A program made the position numbers and the translations under genes. DNA of 62,908 bases, the filler included, from Octopus bimaculoides (lineage: Eukaryota), in the NCBI RefSeq assembly GCF_001194135.2. It is 3 parts of 3 records of this genome, joined end to end, with 100 filler letters (N's around TTAATTAATTAA, not from the genome) between each part and the next. Parts side by side here need not be neighbours in the genome. Positions count along the whole stretch, not along the records: positions 48,541 to 62,908 come from NC_068990.1; 2 more parts are not named here. One strand, written 5' to 3'. Position 1 is the stretch's first letter, and every line of letters begins with the position of its first letter. Positions 48,935 to 59,873 of the stretch are shown one piece after another. Under the pieces are notes generated by a model that saw nothing but the letters and a program-made list of their open reading frames with translations, had not been told where the DNA came from and made no database searches.

Positions 48935-50800
48935 AGTGCTATCAGTCAAGAACTCCACATACCAGAAGCCATCAAGTGTATAGGGTCATCAGGAGAGAAT
49001 GGAAGCTGTTTTGGGGCCTACCTCTTGACAGCATCAATGCGCACCGGCCCCACTCACTGATATGAGGTCCCGCTTGCTAGATCAGCTGGTTACTAAACAT
49101 AGCTCGGTATTCTACTAGTCATCGCCTCTTTTTAACCAAATCCAGTGGCTAGCCTTTTCCACTGTAGTTTGGATATCAGTCATGGCGGTATTTACTTTAC
49201 AATTAGTTAGGCCTAACGATAACAACAGTCGTCTCACACTGTGTCCAACAAACTCTCTACATCCGACTTCGATTGGCAAATGCTCTGTTTTCCAGCCTGC
49301 GTCTTCACATTCCTCGAGGAGGTTAACATAACGGTCAATCTTTCAAGCCCAAACGGTGTCCATGTTATCTTCATGAGGAACTGTTAACTCGACTAGATTC
49401 ACAACTTTCTTTCCTTCACACCACATTAAAATGTCAGGTTTTTTCATAACTAGGATAGGAAAGAGTCCCTGGCACTGTGGTAAATCTGCAATCACCTCCC
49501 AATAGCCATTCCACTTTTCATCGCTCACAAGAAGTTTGTTGTTATTCTTGAAATGGATTTGCTGTCCTGAGCGCACGAAGGTAATNNNNNNNNNNNNNNN
49601 NNNNNNNNNNNNNNNNNNNNNNNNNNNNNNNNNNNNNNNNNNNNNNNNNNNNNNNNNNNNNNNNNNNNNNNNNNNNNNNNNNNNNNNNNNNNNNNNNNNN
49701 NNNNNNNNNNNNNNNNNNNNNNNNNNNNNNNNNNNNNNNNNNNNNNNNNNNNNNNNNNNNNNNNNNNNNNNNNNNNNNNNNNNNNNNNNNNNNNTCTTTA
49801 TGGCATTGAAGATAACCCGAAGGACCATGTATACCTGTTCTCCATGTATACCTGTTCTCCATGTATACCTGTTCTCCATGTATACCTGTTCTCCATGTAT
49901 ACCTGTTCTCCATGTATACCTGTTCTCCATGTATACCTGTTCAATGCTAATGAACAGTTGGAAAGACTATGTTTCAGTGTTCCGACCTTTCCGCATTTGC
50001 ATATATCATTCTCTGAAACATTCCATCTTACTAGATTTGAAGGTGATGGCAAAACATCATAGGATGAATAAATCAGAAAACTTAGCTGAGATGTGGTCCA
50101 CCTCCATATTTCATCCCAACTTATTTTCCTCTCAACAGCATGTTCCTCCCATCTTGTCATCTGTCCTTGTTGAATACATTGGATCAAATGAAGCTCTTTT
50201 CTCTCTGCTTCTCTCATTTTGATGCTGTTACTAACAACAGATCTGCATTTGCTCTGCATCATACTTGCAAATGGTCTGAACTGATCTACACCAAAACCAA
50301 ATCCCTTCTGATGATTTTGCGTTGCACCCACCATATCTCGGTGTGTAAGAGAAGACAAGATGTCATCAGTCTCTGCTTCTGCTTTCCACTTCCTGGCTGT
50401 TTTCACCTCTAGTGGATTATGCCTTATTTTCATGTCCTTCGACTCTCTCAGCATCATCACCATTTGTACCTTCCCCAGTTTATATATTTCGACTATTGAT
50501 GCCAGTGTTAACTGCAATAAGCCTCTTTTACGATAAAGAGCTGAACTGTTCAACATCCAAGGTAGGCCTAGCCACTTTCTAATGAACACATTACGTTCTT
50601 GTTCAATGATCTGAACTTGTGACATTGCTACCTTGTATATTAAAAGTGGCCATGAAAGTTGCAGATACAAGCCAAACTGTAAGCACCAAATTTTATAGTT
50701 ACCTGGTAACTTTTATGTGCCACCGGCACGAGGGCTGTTGGTAAGACAGGTTGTTGGTAAGCTTTCCTAAGTTACTCCAATCCAGATCCCCAATGCAAAC
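48935..50800 (-). mobile_element. 5'-truncated Hero-type (R2-like, restriction-like endonuclease) non-LTR retrotransposon
   Basis: LSWPLLIYKV..FIRKWLGLP..ALY, VKTARKWKA, YDVLPSPSNL, CKCGKVGTLKHSLSNC (degenerate CCHC), RYTWR, RLE core KPDILMW..KVVNLVELTVPHE, and terminal EKASHWIWLKRGDD* at about 49115. Confidence 0.85.
49825..49942. repeat. 17-bp minisatellite (ccatgtatacctgttct) x7 inside the Hero ORF
   Basis: Six exact 17-mers plus a 16-nt seventh unit. A partial second copy is at about 48743-48791. Confidence 0.95.
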
Positions 50801-50829
50801 TTTCAGATCAACCTTCTCCTATGCAGATC

Positions 50830-51055
50830 TCTAATGCAACATTTAAAAAAAGACTCAATAAGTGAAAATAACCAATAAACTGATTCCTTATGGGATTTCC
50901 CAATCAAATTGCCAGCAAACCATTTTCAGCCAAAGCAATTTCAACGGATTTCGCTCAAATCTGATGTCGATGTTACTTATTTTGGTTTGAAATAAAGGAC
51001 TTAATCATTTAATAATCCTAGCTTAATCCCGAGCAGCGCCGGGTTATACTGCTAG
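50830..51055 (+). mobile_element. Non-autonomous Helitron 3' end
   Basis: Subterminal hairpin cccgagcagcgccggg (51028-51043) followed by ...ctgCTAG|t. The body is homologous to 57013-57480. Confidence 0.8.
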
Positions 51056-51072
51056 TATATATATATAATACA

Positions 51073-51103
<31 letters not shown>

Positions 51104-51106
51104 CAT

Positions 51107-51310
51107 ATTGCGGAGACCCCCTTCGGTCACGAATGACCATGGGATTGCACCTAGAAAGTTACCCTCCAAGGCACATGTCTGGGCAAGGTTGTTTATGGAA
51201 GACCAGCAGTTGCCCGTGCATACCAGCCTCCCCTCTCCACGCCACCAATGTTATCCAAGGCCGATACAGCATGGTATCAGTGACGTCACAACTCATTTCT
51301 ACAACTGAGT
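51107..51310 (-). mobile_element. Family F SINE 3' part
   Basis: gcggagacccccttcggtcacgaatgaccatgggattgcacctagaaagttaccctcc matches 8186-8390. Confidence 0.85.
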
Positions 51311-51551
51311 GTTGCTACACAGTTCTGCCAGAATTCTATCAGATTGGTCAGTAGATGTTGATGCACCATTTTGCATTATGTTTAAAGTAGCTTCTGGAAT
51401 GTGGTGAATTGCTGCAGTCTGTTGCTGTCTTTTTAAACCAGTTGCTTTCTTTCCCTAGCAAACTCTCTTCTTTGGAGGCATAATCTATGTATGTATTAAA
51501 CAGAACAACAAAAGTCATAATAGATGGCAGGGTCGGTAGTTTTCACATTTC

Positions 51552-51708
51552 TGTAATTTTTCAGATTAACACCCGCACGATTATCTAACCCTAAAACCCT
51601 CAACCTAACCTTAACACTAACTCTAAACCCTAACCCTGGCCCTAAAACCGTAACCCTAACCCTAACACCCTAGTGAAAATCGTGCGGGTGTTAATCTGGA
51701 AAATTACC
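51552..51708. mobile_element. MITE with 30-bp TIRs enclosing degenerate (CCCTAA)n
   Basis: gtaatttttcagattaacacccgcacgatt (51553-51582) versus aatcgtgcgggtgttaatctggaaaattac (51678-51707), one mismatch. Flanks cacatttc/cacatttg. Confidence 0.85.
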
Positions 51709-52789
51709 CACATTTGTAATGAAGTTCACTGATTTGCAATGTGTTGTCCTGTCTAGATAAGCTCCGTAGTTTGTATATTTACAAAACATTGACAAGCATG
51801 AGTTATATTGTAGTGAATGCTTGTGTGTACGTGCGTGTGAATGCATTTGAGAGAGTGAGAGAGAAGAGGGAGAGAGAGGGGGAGAAAAGAATAGAGAACG
51901 GGAACAATGAAGAGAGAAAGAGAGGAAGGGAGAACAGAAGATAGTTATAAAATAGCAATGCATGTGCGTGTTTATATAAGAAACACACACAAAGTAAATC
52001 TTATGTCTATAATGTTAATGTGTTTATGTGTATGCTGTTGTCACAGATCACGTATGTGTGGTTGTGTGTGTTTTTACGTATCTATGTTATGAAAAATAGG
52101 TAAAAAATACTAAGAGGAAAGTTTAATCTATGACTTTGTATGTATCACTTTCTCTCTCTCCCTTTTTTACTCTTACTCTCTATATTATATGTTGAGCGCG
52201 TGATGGATGTGTAAGAATAGGTAGAAGGGAAGAAATATAAAAGTTGCTAGAAACAACAGCCAAATCTCCCTTAAATCACAAAGTAAACGAAATTTTAAAA
52301 AATCTAGTCACTGCACTGGAAAGTTCACATCGAGAAAATTCCATTGATGTAAAATTTTTTATGAAAAAGTGGAAAATGTGGATTTCTATACACTTTTAAA
52401 AAGGCTTCACACAGATACACAACTTCAGCTTTATATATTAAGATATATATATATATATAAAATACAGTTCAAAAAAGAACAATTCAAACTTTTTGAGAGG
52501 TCCAAAAAGAGAGAAAGAATGATTTCTCATAAAGATTCATCATATTCATAAAATACAGCCAGAGCAAGTAATAAGAATGCGAAAATAGTAGTTGAAAAAT
52601 ATTGTTATAGGTATAAATATATCATAAACAATTATAGAAAAATGGAGGAGAAAAAGATGTTGCATCAAAATTAGATTTAATACAAATTAAGATTCAATAC
52701 ATATGCGCGTTTCAAAGGACAATACAAATATGTTAGAAAAAATTATAATCATAGTAATTATAATTAAATTTATGCATTGTCATTCTCAT

Positions 52790-55700
52790 CAGTGTGTAGA
52801 ATGTTTGGAAGGACATAAAAAAAATTTAATAAAATAAAGTAAATTAAAATAAGATACAATAAGGGAGAATACAAAAGGGGTAATAGCGAAAAATCGGATA
52901 TTTACAAGCAAGTTGTAAAAGGGAAAAAATAACACAGGAGAGCTTAGAAGAAGGGGAGATAACAAAGTAGTAGTAGTGATCCCAAAATAAAGGTGCGCGT
53001 GTGTAAGAGAGAACATATGTATGTGTGAAATAGGACTGGTGATCTTGACGTGTGTAGGTGTGAAAATGTGGGGATGGGAATTGGTCAGTGCTGGTGTGTG
53101 CGTGGTGGTGTGTTGTGATGTGATATGTGGTATGGTGTAGTGTGGTGTGGTGTGATGGTGTTGGGAGATGGGGAAAGCATGGGGGTGTGTCGGGTATGTG
53201 GGTAGGCAGAGGGTGGGGGTAGATGTAGGATATGTGTGAGAGGGTGTAAGGGATGGGNNNNNNNNNNNNNNNNNNNNNNNNNNNNNNNNNNNNNNNNNNN
53301 NNNNNNNNNNNNNNNNNNNNNNNNNNNNNNNNNNNNNNNNNNNNNNNNNNNNNNNNNNNNNNNNNNNNNNNNNNNNNNNNNNNNNNNNNNNNNNNNNNNN
53401 NNNNNNNNNNNNNNNNNNNNNNNNNNNNNNNNNNNNNNNNNNNNNNNNNNNNNNNNNNNNNNNNNNNNNNNNNNNNNNNNNNNNNNNNNNNNNNNNNNNN
53501 NNNNNNNNNNNNNNNNNNNNNNNNNNNNNNNNNNNNNNNNNNNNNNNNNNNNNNNNNNNNNNNNNNNNNNNNNNNNNNNNNNNNNNNNNNNNNNNNNNNN
53601 NNNNNNNNNNNNNNNNNNNNNNNNNNNNNNNNNNNNNNNNNNNNNNNNNNNNNNNNNNNNNNNNNNNNNNNNNNNNNNNNNNNNNNNNNNNNNNNNNNNN
53701 NNNNNNNNNNNNNNNNNNNNNNNNNNNNNNNNNNNNNNNNNNNNNNNNNNNNNNNNNNNNNNNNNNNNNNNNNNNNNNNNNNNNNNNNNNNNNNNNNNNN
53801 NNNNNNNNNNNNNNNNNNNNNNNNNNNNNNNNNNNNNNNNNNNNNNNNNNNNNNNNNNNNNNNNNNNNNNNNNNNNNNNNNNNNNNNNNNNNNNNNNNNN
53901 NNNNNNNNNNNNNNNNNNNNNNNNNNNNNNNNNNNNNNNNNNNNNNNNNNNNNNNNNNNNNNNNNNNNNNNNNNNNNNNNNNNNNNNNNNNNNNNNNNNN
54001 NNNNNNNNNNNNNNNNNNNNNNNNNNNNNNNNNNNNNNNNNNNNNNNNNNNNNNNNNNNNNNNNNNNNNNNNNNNNNNNNNNNNNNNNNNNNNNNNNNNG
54101 CAAGTGCGGCAGCATGGGTGGGAGCAGGGGAACAAGCCAGGTTGGGAGGTTGGGTTGGGGAAGAAGCTGTGGATCAAGATGTCTCGTAGATTGTGGGCTT
54201 GTTTGAAGGAGGGGAGGGGTCAGTTAGGGAAGATGTGTGAGGTGGAGGGGTCGGTTAGGGAAGATGTGTGAGGTGGAGGGGTCGGACTGGAGATGCCGGA
54301 AAGCTCGAAGAATGGTGCACTGAAGAGGTAGAGTGGTGGGGTGGTAGGTGAAGTGAAAAAGGAGGCGGGAGATGGCAGGGCGGGTTCGGGAGGAGAGAGC
54401 AGATGCATGGTCTACGGAATGTGCTCTGGCAAGGGTGGTTATGCTAGTGAGGCAGGGATATCCATGTAGGATGAAGTGGCGAGCCATGAGTTGAGACAGA
54501 GTCTCAAAGTCATGGTTGTCACTACAGAGTCCGTGTAGACAGAGGAATTGGGAATAGGGGATGGAAAGCTTGGTGTGTTTAGGGTGGGAGGAAGAGAAGT
54601 TGAGGAATGAGTGTGAGTCTGTGTGTTTGTAGTGGATTGAGGTGGTGAGAGTGGAGTGATGAATGCTGACCGAAATGCCAAGAAAGGAGACAGGTGTTAG
54701 AGATAGGGCAGGATGGAAAGATTTGTCAATAGAGAGGAAGGAGTCTAGATGTTCGTGGGAGAGTGAGGTTACACCAATACAGTCAATATAACGGCCATAT
54801 AGTTCAGGAGTGGGACCAGTGAAACTTGACAATATTTGGGCCTCAATGTAGCCAACGAACAGGTTTGCATAGTTGGGGCCCATTCTCGTTCCCATGGCCA
54901 CTCCCGAGACATGCTGGTAGAAATCACCCAAGAACGAGAAGCAGTTGAGTGAGAGGACAAGTTCGGCCAGACAAACGAGTGTGGAGGTGTCGGGTTGGGA
55001 GTTGGGTTGGAGGTCAAGGAAATGTTGGTGTGCACGCAGCCCCTCATGGTGAGGGATCACCGTGTAAAGGCTCTGGATGTCGAAGAGNNNNNNNNNNNNN
55101 NNNNNNNNNNNNNNNNNNNNNNNNNNNNNNNNNNNNNNNNNNNNNNNNNNNNNNNNNNNNNNNNNNNNNNNNNNNNNNNNNNNNNNNNNNNNNNNNNNNN
55201 NNNNNNNNNNNNNNNNNNNNNNNNNNNNNNNNNNNNNNNNNNNNNNNNNNNNNNNNNNNNNNNNNNNNNNNNNNNNNNNNNNNNNNNNNNNNNNNNNNNN
55301 NNNNNNNNNNNNNNNNNNNNNNNNNNNNNNNNNNNNNNNNNNNNNNNNNNNNNNNNNNNNNNNNNNNNNNNNNNNNNNNNNNNNNNNNNNNNNNNNNNNN
55401 NNNNNNNNNNNNNNNNNNNNNNNNNNNNNNNNNNNNNNNNNNNNNNNNNNNNNNNNNNNNNNNNNNNNNNNNNNNNNNNNNNNNNNNNNNNNNNNNNNNN
55501 NNNNNNNNNNNNNNNNNNNNNNNNNNNNNNNNNNNNNNNNNNNNNNNNNNNNNNNNNNNNNNNNNNNNNNNNNNNNNNNNNNNNNNNNNNNNNNNNNNNN
55601 NNNNNNNNNNNNNNNNNNNNNNNNNNNNNNNNNNNNNNNNNNNNNNNNNNNNNNNNNNNNNNNNNNNNNNNNNNNNNNNNNNNNNNNNNNNNNNNNNNNN

Positions 55701-57000
55701 NNNNNNNNNNNNNNNNNNNNNNNNNNNNNNNNNNNNNNNNNNNNNNNNNNNNNNNNNNNNNNNNNNNNNNNNNNNNNNNNNNNNNNNNNNNNNNNNNNNN
55801 NNNNNNNNNNNNNNNNNNNNNNNNNNNNNNNNNNNNNNNNNNNNNNNNNNNNNNNNNNNNNNNNNNNNNNNNNNNNNNNNNNNNNNNNNNNNNNNNNNNN
55901 NNNNNNNNNNNNNNNNNNNNNNNNNNNNNNNNNNNNNNNNNNNNNNNNNNNNNNNNNNNNNNNNNNNNNNNNNNNNNNNNNNNNNNNNNNNNNNNNNNNN
56001 NNNNNNNNNNNNNNNNNNNNNNNNNNNNNNNNNNNNNNNNNNNNNNNNNNNNNNNNNNNNNNNNNNNNNNNNNNNNNNNNNNNNNNNGGGATGTGGCATA
56101 TGTGTGAAGGGGTTTGGAGGGACAGGGGGTTTGGGTGTGGGCGGGGGGGAGTGTATCAAGGAGGGAGAAGGGTAGTGGCATCGGGTGATGGAATGGAAGA
56201 GTGAGTGGAGTTTACGAAGTTTGGTGTTGGCAAGAAATTGATGAAAGGGATGATTTAAATGAATTAAATAACACACCATGTTTTGAGCATGGGAGGGCGA
56301 AAGAGAGGAGAAAAAGATGGAAAAAGCTGGAGGGAGAAGGCGGTTGATGGTATATATTTTAGAGAGATTGGAGCGAATGGTAGCATGCATAAGGCGGTAG
56401 GATGTAGTATGGAGTATGGGTAGGATGGTTGTAGCAGAGTGGAGAGTAGTGTGGAAATGGAGGCAGAAACCTTTAGGGATGAGGCGGTGATGTAAGCAGC
56501 AACTAAAAAACGAAATGTGGCTAGAGAAACAAGGTTTTTTGAAAATGAGTAAAGAAAGGTTAATGGAAGGTTGGAAGCAGTGGGAAGGAAGTGTGCAGAG
56601 GTGTTGTTTTCGGCAGTTGTGAAGAGTGAGGACGAAAGATTTGTAGTCTGGCATGGTAGTACAACGAGGAAAAAAAGAAAACGTGGGGAAGGAAAAATTC
56701 AAAAGGTGTAGGGAGAAAAAAGCAAAGGCATGAGTAGAAAGAAAATGAATGAAAAAGGCGTGAGGAGAAGAAAATATATGTGAGGTGGAAGAAAAAATAA
56801 AAACAGAGAAAGAAAAGATGAAGATGGAACAAATAGAGAGAAAGTGGGGACAAAGGGAGAAGAGAAGACGAAAGGAGAAAAGAAATGGAGGGAAAGGGAG
56901 GCAAAGTAACAAGTGCAGATTAGAGAAAACAGAGTAAGAACATCCAGAGTAGGAAGAAACAACAAAAGGAAAGAACAGAAAGTACAAGCAAGTTAAGAAA
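52790..57000 (-). mobile_element. Penelope-like retroelement, near full length but degenerate and split by two gaps
   Basis: N-terminus from ATG 56654 (HISFFSCCLHHRLIPKGF). RT GVAMGTRMGPNYANLFVG, YGRYID, KHTDSHSFLNFSSSHP..SIPYSQF (54224-55060). Zn-knuckle PGLFPCSHPCCRTC at 54100-54150. GIY-YIG expected in gap 53258-54099. Confidence 0.85.
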
Positions 57001-57012
57001 GTATAAAAATAA

Positions 57013-57480
57013 TTAGCAGTATAGCCCAGCTTTGCCCAGGATTAAGTTAGGATTATTAAGGTAATCAAGTTCTTTATTTCAAACCAAACTAAGTAACATC
57101 GACGTCAAATTTGGGCGAAATCCGTTGAAATTGGTAAACTTTTGGCTGTAAATAAGTTGCAGACAAGTTGATTGGGTAATCCCATAAGGAATCGGTTTTT
57201 TGATTTTTTTCCACTCATTGATTTTTTTTTTTTTCGTTTTTGGAGAACTTAAAGCATTCAAAGATCCCATGAGTCCTAAGTAACGCTGGCATCAAGTTTG
57301 AACAAAATACATCAAAATTGGTAAAAGTTATGGTTGAAAATGGAGTGTAGTTAATTTTATTGGGAAATCCTATAAGGAATCGGTTTATCTTTTTTTTTTT
57401 TTTTTTTTTTATCCTGATTAAATGGAAAATGCCATAAGGAATCAGTTTATTGATTTTTCACCCTAAATGGGATTTAACCG
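57013..57480 (-). mobile_element. Non-autonomous Helitron, same family as 50830-51055
   Basis: The reverse complement contains tttcaacggatttcgcccaaatttgacgtcgatgttactta..gtttgaaataaag and ends cctgggcaaagctgggctatactgctaa. Internal repeats of ataaggaatc.gttt occur three times. Confidence 0.78.
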
Positions 57481-57880
57481 AATACAATATTACTGATTCA
57501 AAAACATATATTTATACTTTAAAGTTAGTTTTCACACCCAACCCAGTTCTGCAGAATCAGTGTCGCAATGGGAACGCATGGGTTGGGAGTTTGATCAGCA
57601 GAGGTGATCAGGTTTCACATGCCAGCCCTTTGAAAACACCACCTCCATCATCTAACTCCCCTTTGTCCATGGGTTGGGAACCCTTCCAGCAAGGAAAACA
57701 GAATGCCCAGAAGGGCTCCCGATTCTCTGTGTCAGAAGCGGTTCAGATCACAACTAAGTCTTAAGTATATATATATATAGTCAATCCAAACATGAACAAG
57801 CAAGAAAAAAAATGATGTGAGGACGTGGAATAAGTACAGTGTTATTGGATTCTCAGGAAAGGAAAGAAAAGAAAGAGGAT

Positions 57881-57912
57881 TTCAAGTTTGGAGCGGAGCT
57901 CTTCATCAGAAT
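57881..57912 (-). ncRNA. Degenerate minimal hammerhead motif in a PLE pLTR-like region
   Basis: Minus RNA CUGAUGA-A-GAGC-UCC-GCUC-CAAA-CUUG. Intact first box and stem II, but GAAA is changed to CAAA. Confidence 0.5.
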
Positions 57913-58059
57913 ATAGAAAAAGTCCAAAGAAGGGAAGATGGAGAAAGGAAATCGCCAACGATACACATGTGGTCACATATTGAAATGATCGGAAGGGAAA
58001 GGGTGAAGAAAAAGTTCTTTCCAAAGACAGGACAGTGCAAGAGAAGGAGGTATGTCTGA

Positions 58060-58850
58060 GTATGTGCATGCATGCAAGTCTCTGTGTGTGTGTATGTGTA
58101 TTAATAGCACGTGTATGTGTGTGTGTGGTTGTGGCTGTTTATGTATGTGTGTGGTTGGACTTAGTATCCTTAAAGGTCATAGGAAGAATTTATAGTAAGA
58201 ATTTTGGTAGGAGTGTCTGCCTGTTGTGTGTCTACCTACACATGTGCATAGGTGAATGGTCAGTACAAAGGAACTGGTAGTTTGAAGTATGTGTGTGTGT
58301 GCGTATATGTATATGTAGTGTGTGTGTGCATGTATGTATATATTGTGTGTGTATGTGAATTTGTGTATGTGTGTGTGCATGGGTTGTGTGGGGTTTGTGT
58401 AGGTGTATATGTGCGTACCTGTGAGTATGTGTGTGCATGCGTTTACGTGTGTGTGCGTGTATGTTTGTGCCCATGTGTAATTGTTTGCGTGTCTGTATAG
58501 GTATTGTGTGTGTTGGAGGTATATGTGCGTACATGTGCTAGTGTGTGTATGTATGTGTATGTGCGTGTGTGTCAGGTTGTGTGCATTTTGTTGCGTGTAT
58601 GCACGTGAGCGTTTGTGCATGTGTGTACGCGCATGTGAGTGTGTGTATGTATGCATGTGTGTGTGTGTGGGTGTATGTGTGTGCATGCGTGTGGGTGTAT
58701 GTGTGTATGTATGTGGAAGTATGTGTGTGTGTGTGTGTGCATGTATGTGTGGTGTGTGTGGGAGGTATATGTGCATTCATGTGTGTGTATGTGTGCGTTT
58801 GTTTTTTCATGTGTGTGGATATGTATGTATATGTGTATATAGAAATAAAA
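58060..58850. repeat. Long degenerate TG-rich simple-repeat tract
   Basis: About 800 bp of imperfect (TG)n/(TGTA)n, responsible for the stacked VC/HT-rich ORFs. Confidence 0.9.
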
Positions 58851-58859
58851 ACAATAAAT

Positions 58860-59180
58860 TGTAAAAAAATAAGGTCGAAAGGAGATAAAGAAGTTAATGC
58901 AATATAAAATGGTGTAATTACAAGCAAAAGATGAAAAATGAAATAAGGTTGCTGAGTTGCAGGAGGAGTAGAGGCAGTCAATAAGTGGAGGGGATTGTGT
59001 TTAGTCCGAAGGGGATAGTTGTTCGTAGATTAAAGATATACCGCTGTTCCAGGCGGTGTTGTGAGTGTGTGGATCCGTGGTGCTTCGGCTGCAGAGTTTC
59101 CTTTTTTTTGTACTCATAAAGCATTATGTGAATCAAATGCTCTTTGAATACTTCCATGTTAGAAAGCGTTTTAATCAAAG
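58860..59180 (-). mobile_element. Second Penelope-like 3' fragment (GIY-YIG C-terminus)
   Basis: 58978-59178 ends QHRLEQRYIFNLRTTIPFGLN, matching the E..(W/Y)I..L.T..P.GLN terminus of PLE endonucleases. Confidence 0.75.
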
Positions 59181-59329
59181 AAATATTAATTCTATTATTC
59201 TATAAAATAATATTTAATTAGTTTAAATGTGCACAAATGCATAAAAATATTTTAAAATTCCATTAGATATTCTAAAATACTATCAAATTTCATTCAATTT
59301 AAAAAAAAAGGTAAAATCGAATAGAACTT

Positions 59330-59682
59330 ATAGGATGACCTGATAAATTCAGGGACAGGTATTGCAGTAGTCTAGGTTTGATAGGCCCACACCTCTTCAA
59401 TGCCCTGCCACAAAAATTAAGAAATTTGCATGAGGTGGAAGTAGATGTCTTCAAAAAGGGACTAGACCTCCTCTTCACAATACTGGATGAACCAACAGCC
59501 TGACATGAAGTACAGACAAGGGTAGCAGAATCAAATTCAGTTATACACCAAATGTACCAATAGTTTGGAAAAAAAGCACATACAGGAGTGGTGATGTGAA
59601 GTACCCACACTGAGGAAGTCAGAAAGACCAAGGTGGTGCTCCAGCATGACCACAGTTGCATGGCTGAAATGAGTAAAAGAGT
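59330..59682 (+). mobile_element. 3' end of a CR1-like LINE
   Basis: Decayed ORF2 end RYCSSLGLIGPHLFNALPQKLRNLHEVEVDVFKKGLDL..DEP, then 3' UTR ending ggtggtgctccagcatgaccacag...gctgaaatgagtaaaagag. Confidence 0.7.
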
Positions 59683-59873
59683 ATATATTGATGCGACCGC
59701 CGATAAACAAAAATAACGTTATGTCCCTATTCCACGAACTGAGTTTGAAACTGTTTTCTAGTTCAGGACATTGGTATTTCCTTTGTCCTGTCAACGAGCA
59801 TGGTTATTTATAGCATAGAAATGTGATCTCTGACCCTTTCCGGTCATCAAAAGTTTAAAAAGCAAATAGGAAC

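Noticed and set aside
49825-49942. CRISPR-like array
   Set aside because: Units are contiguous with no unique spacers, in a eukaryotic retrotransposon context.
57480-57770. ORF 57450-57764 as a gene
   Set aside because: It starts inside the Helitron copy and has no recognisable motif; more likely an unidentified TE fragment.
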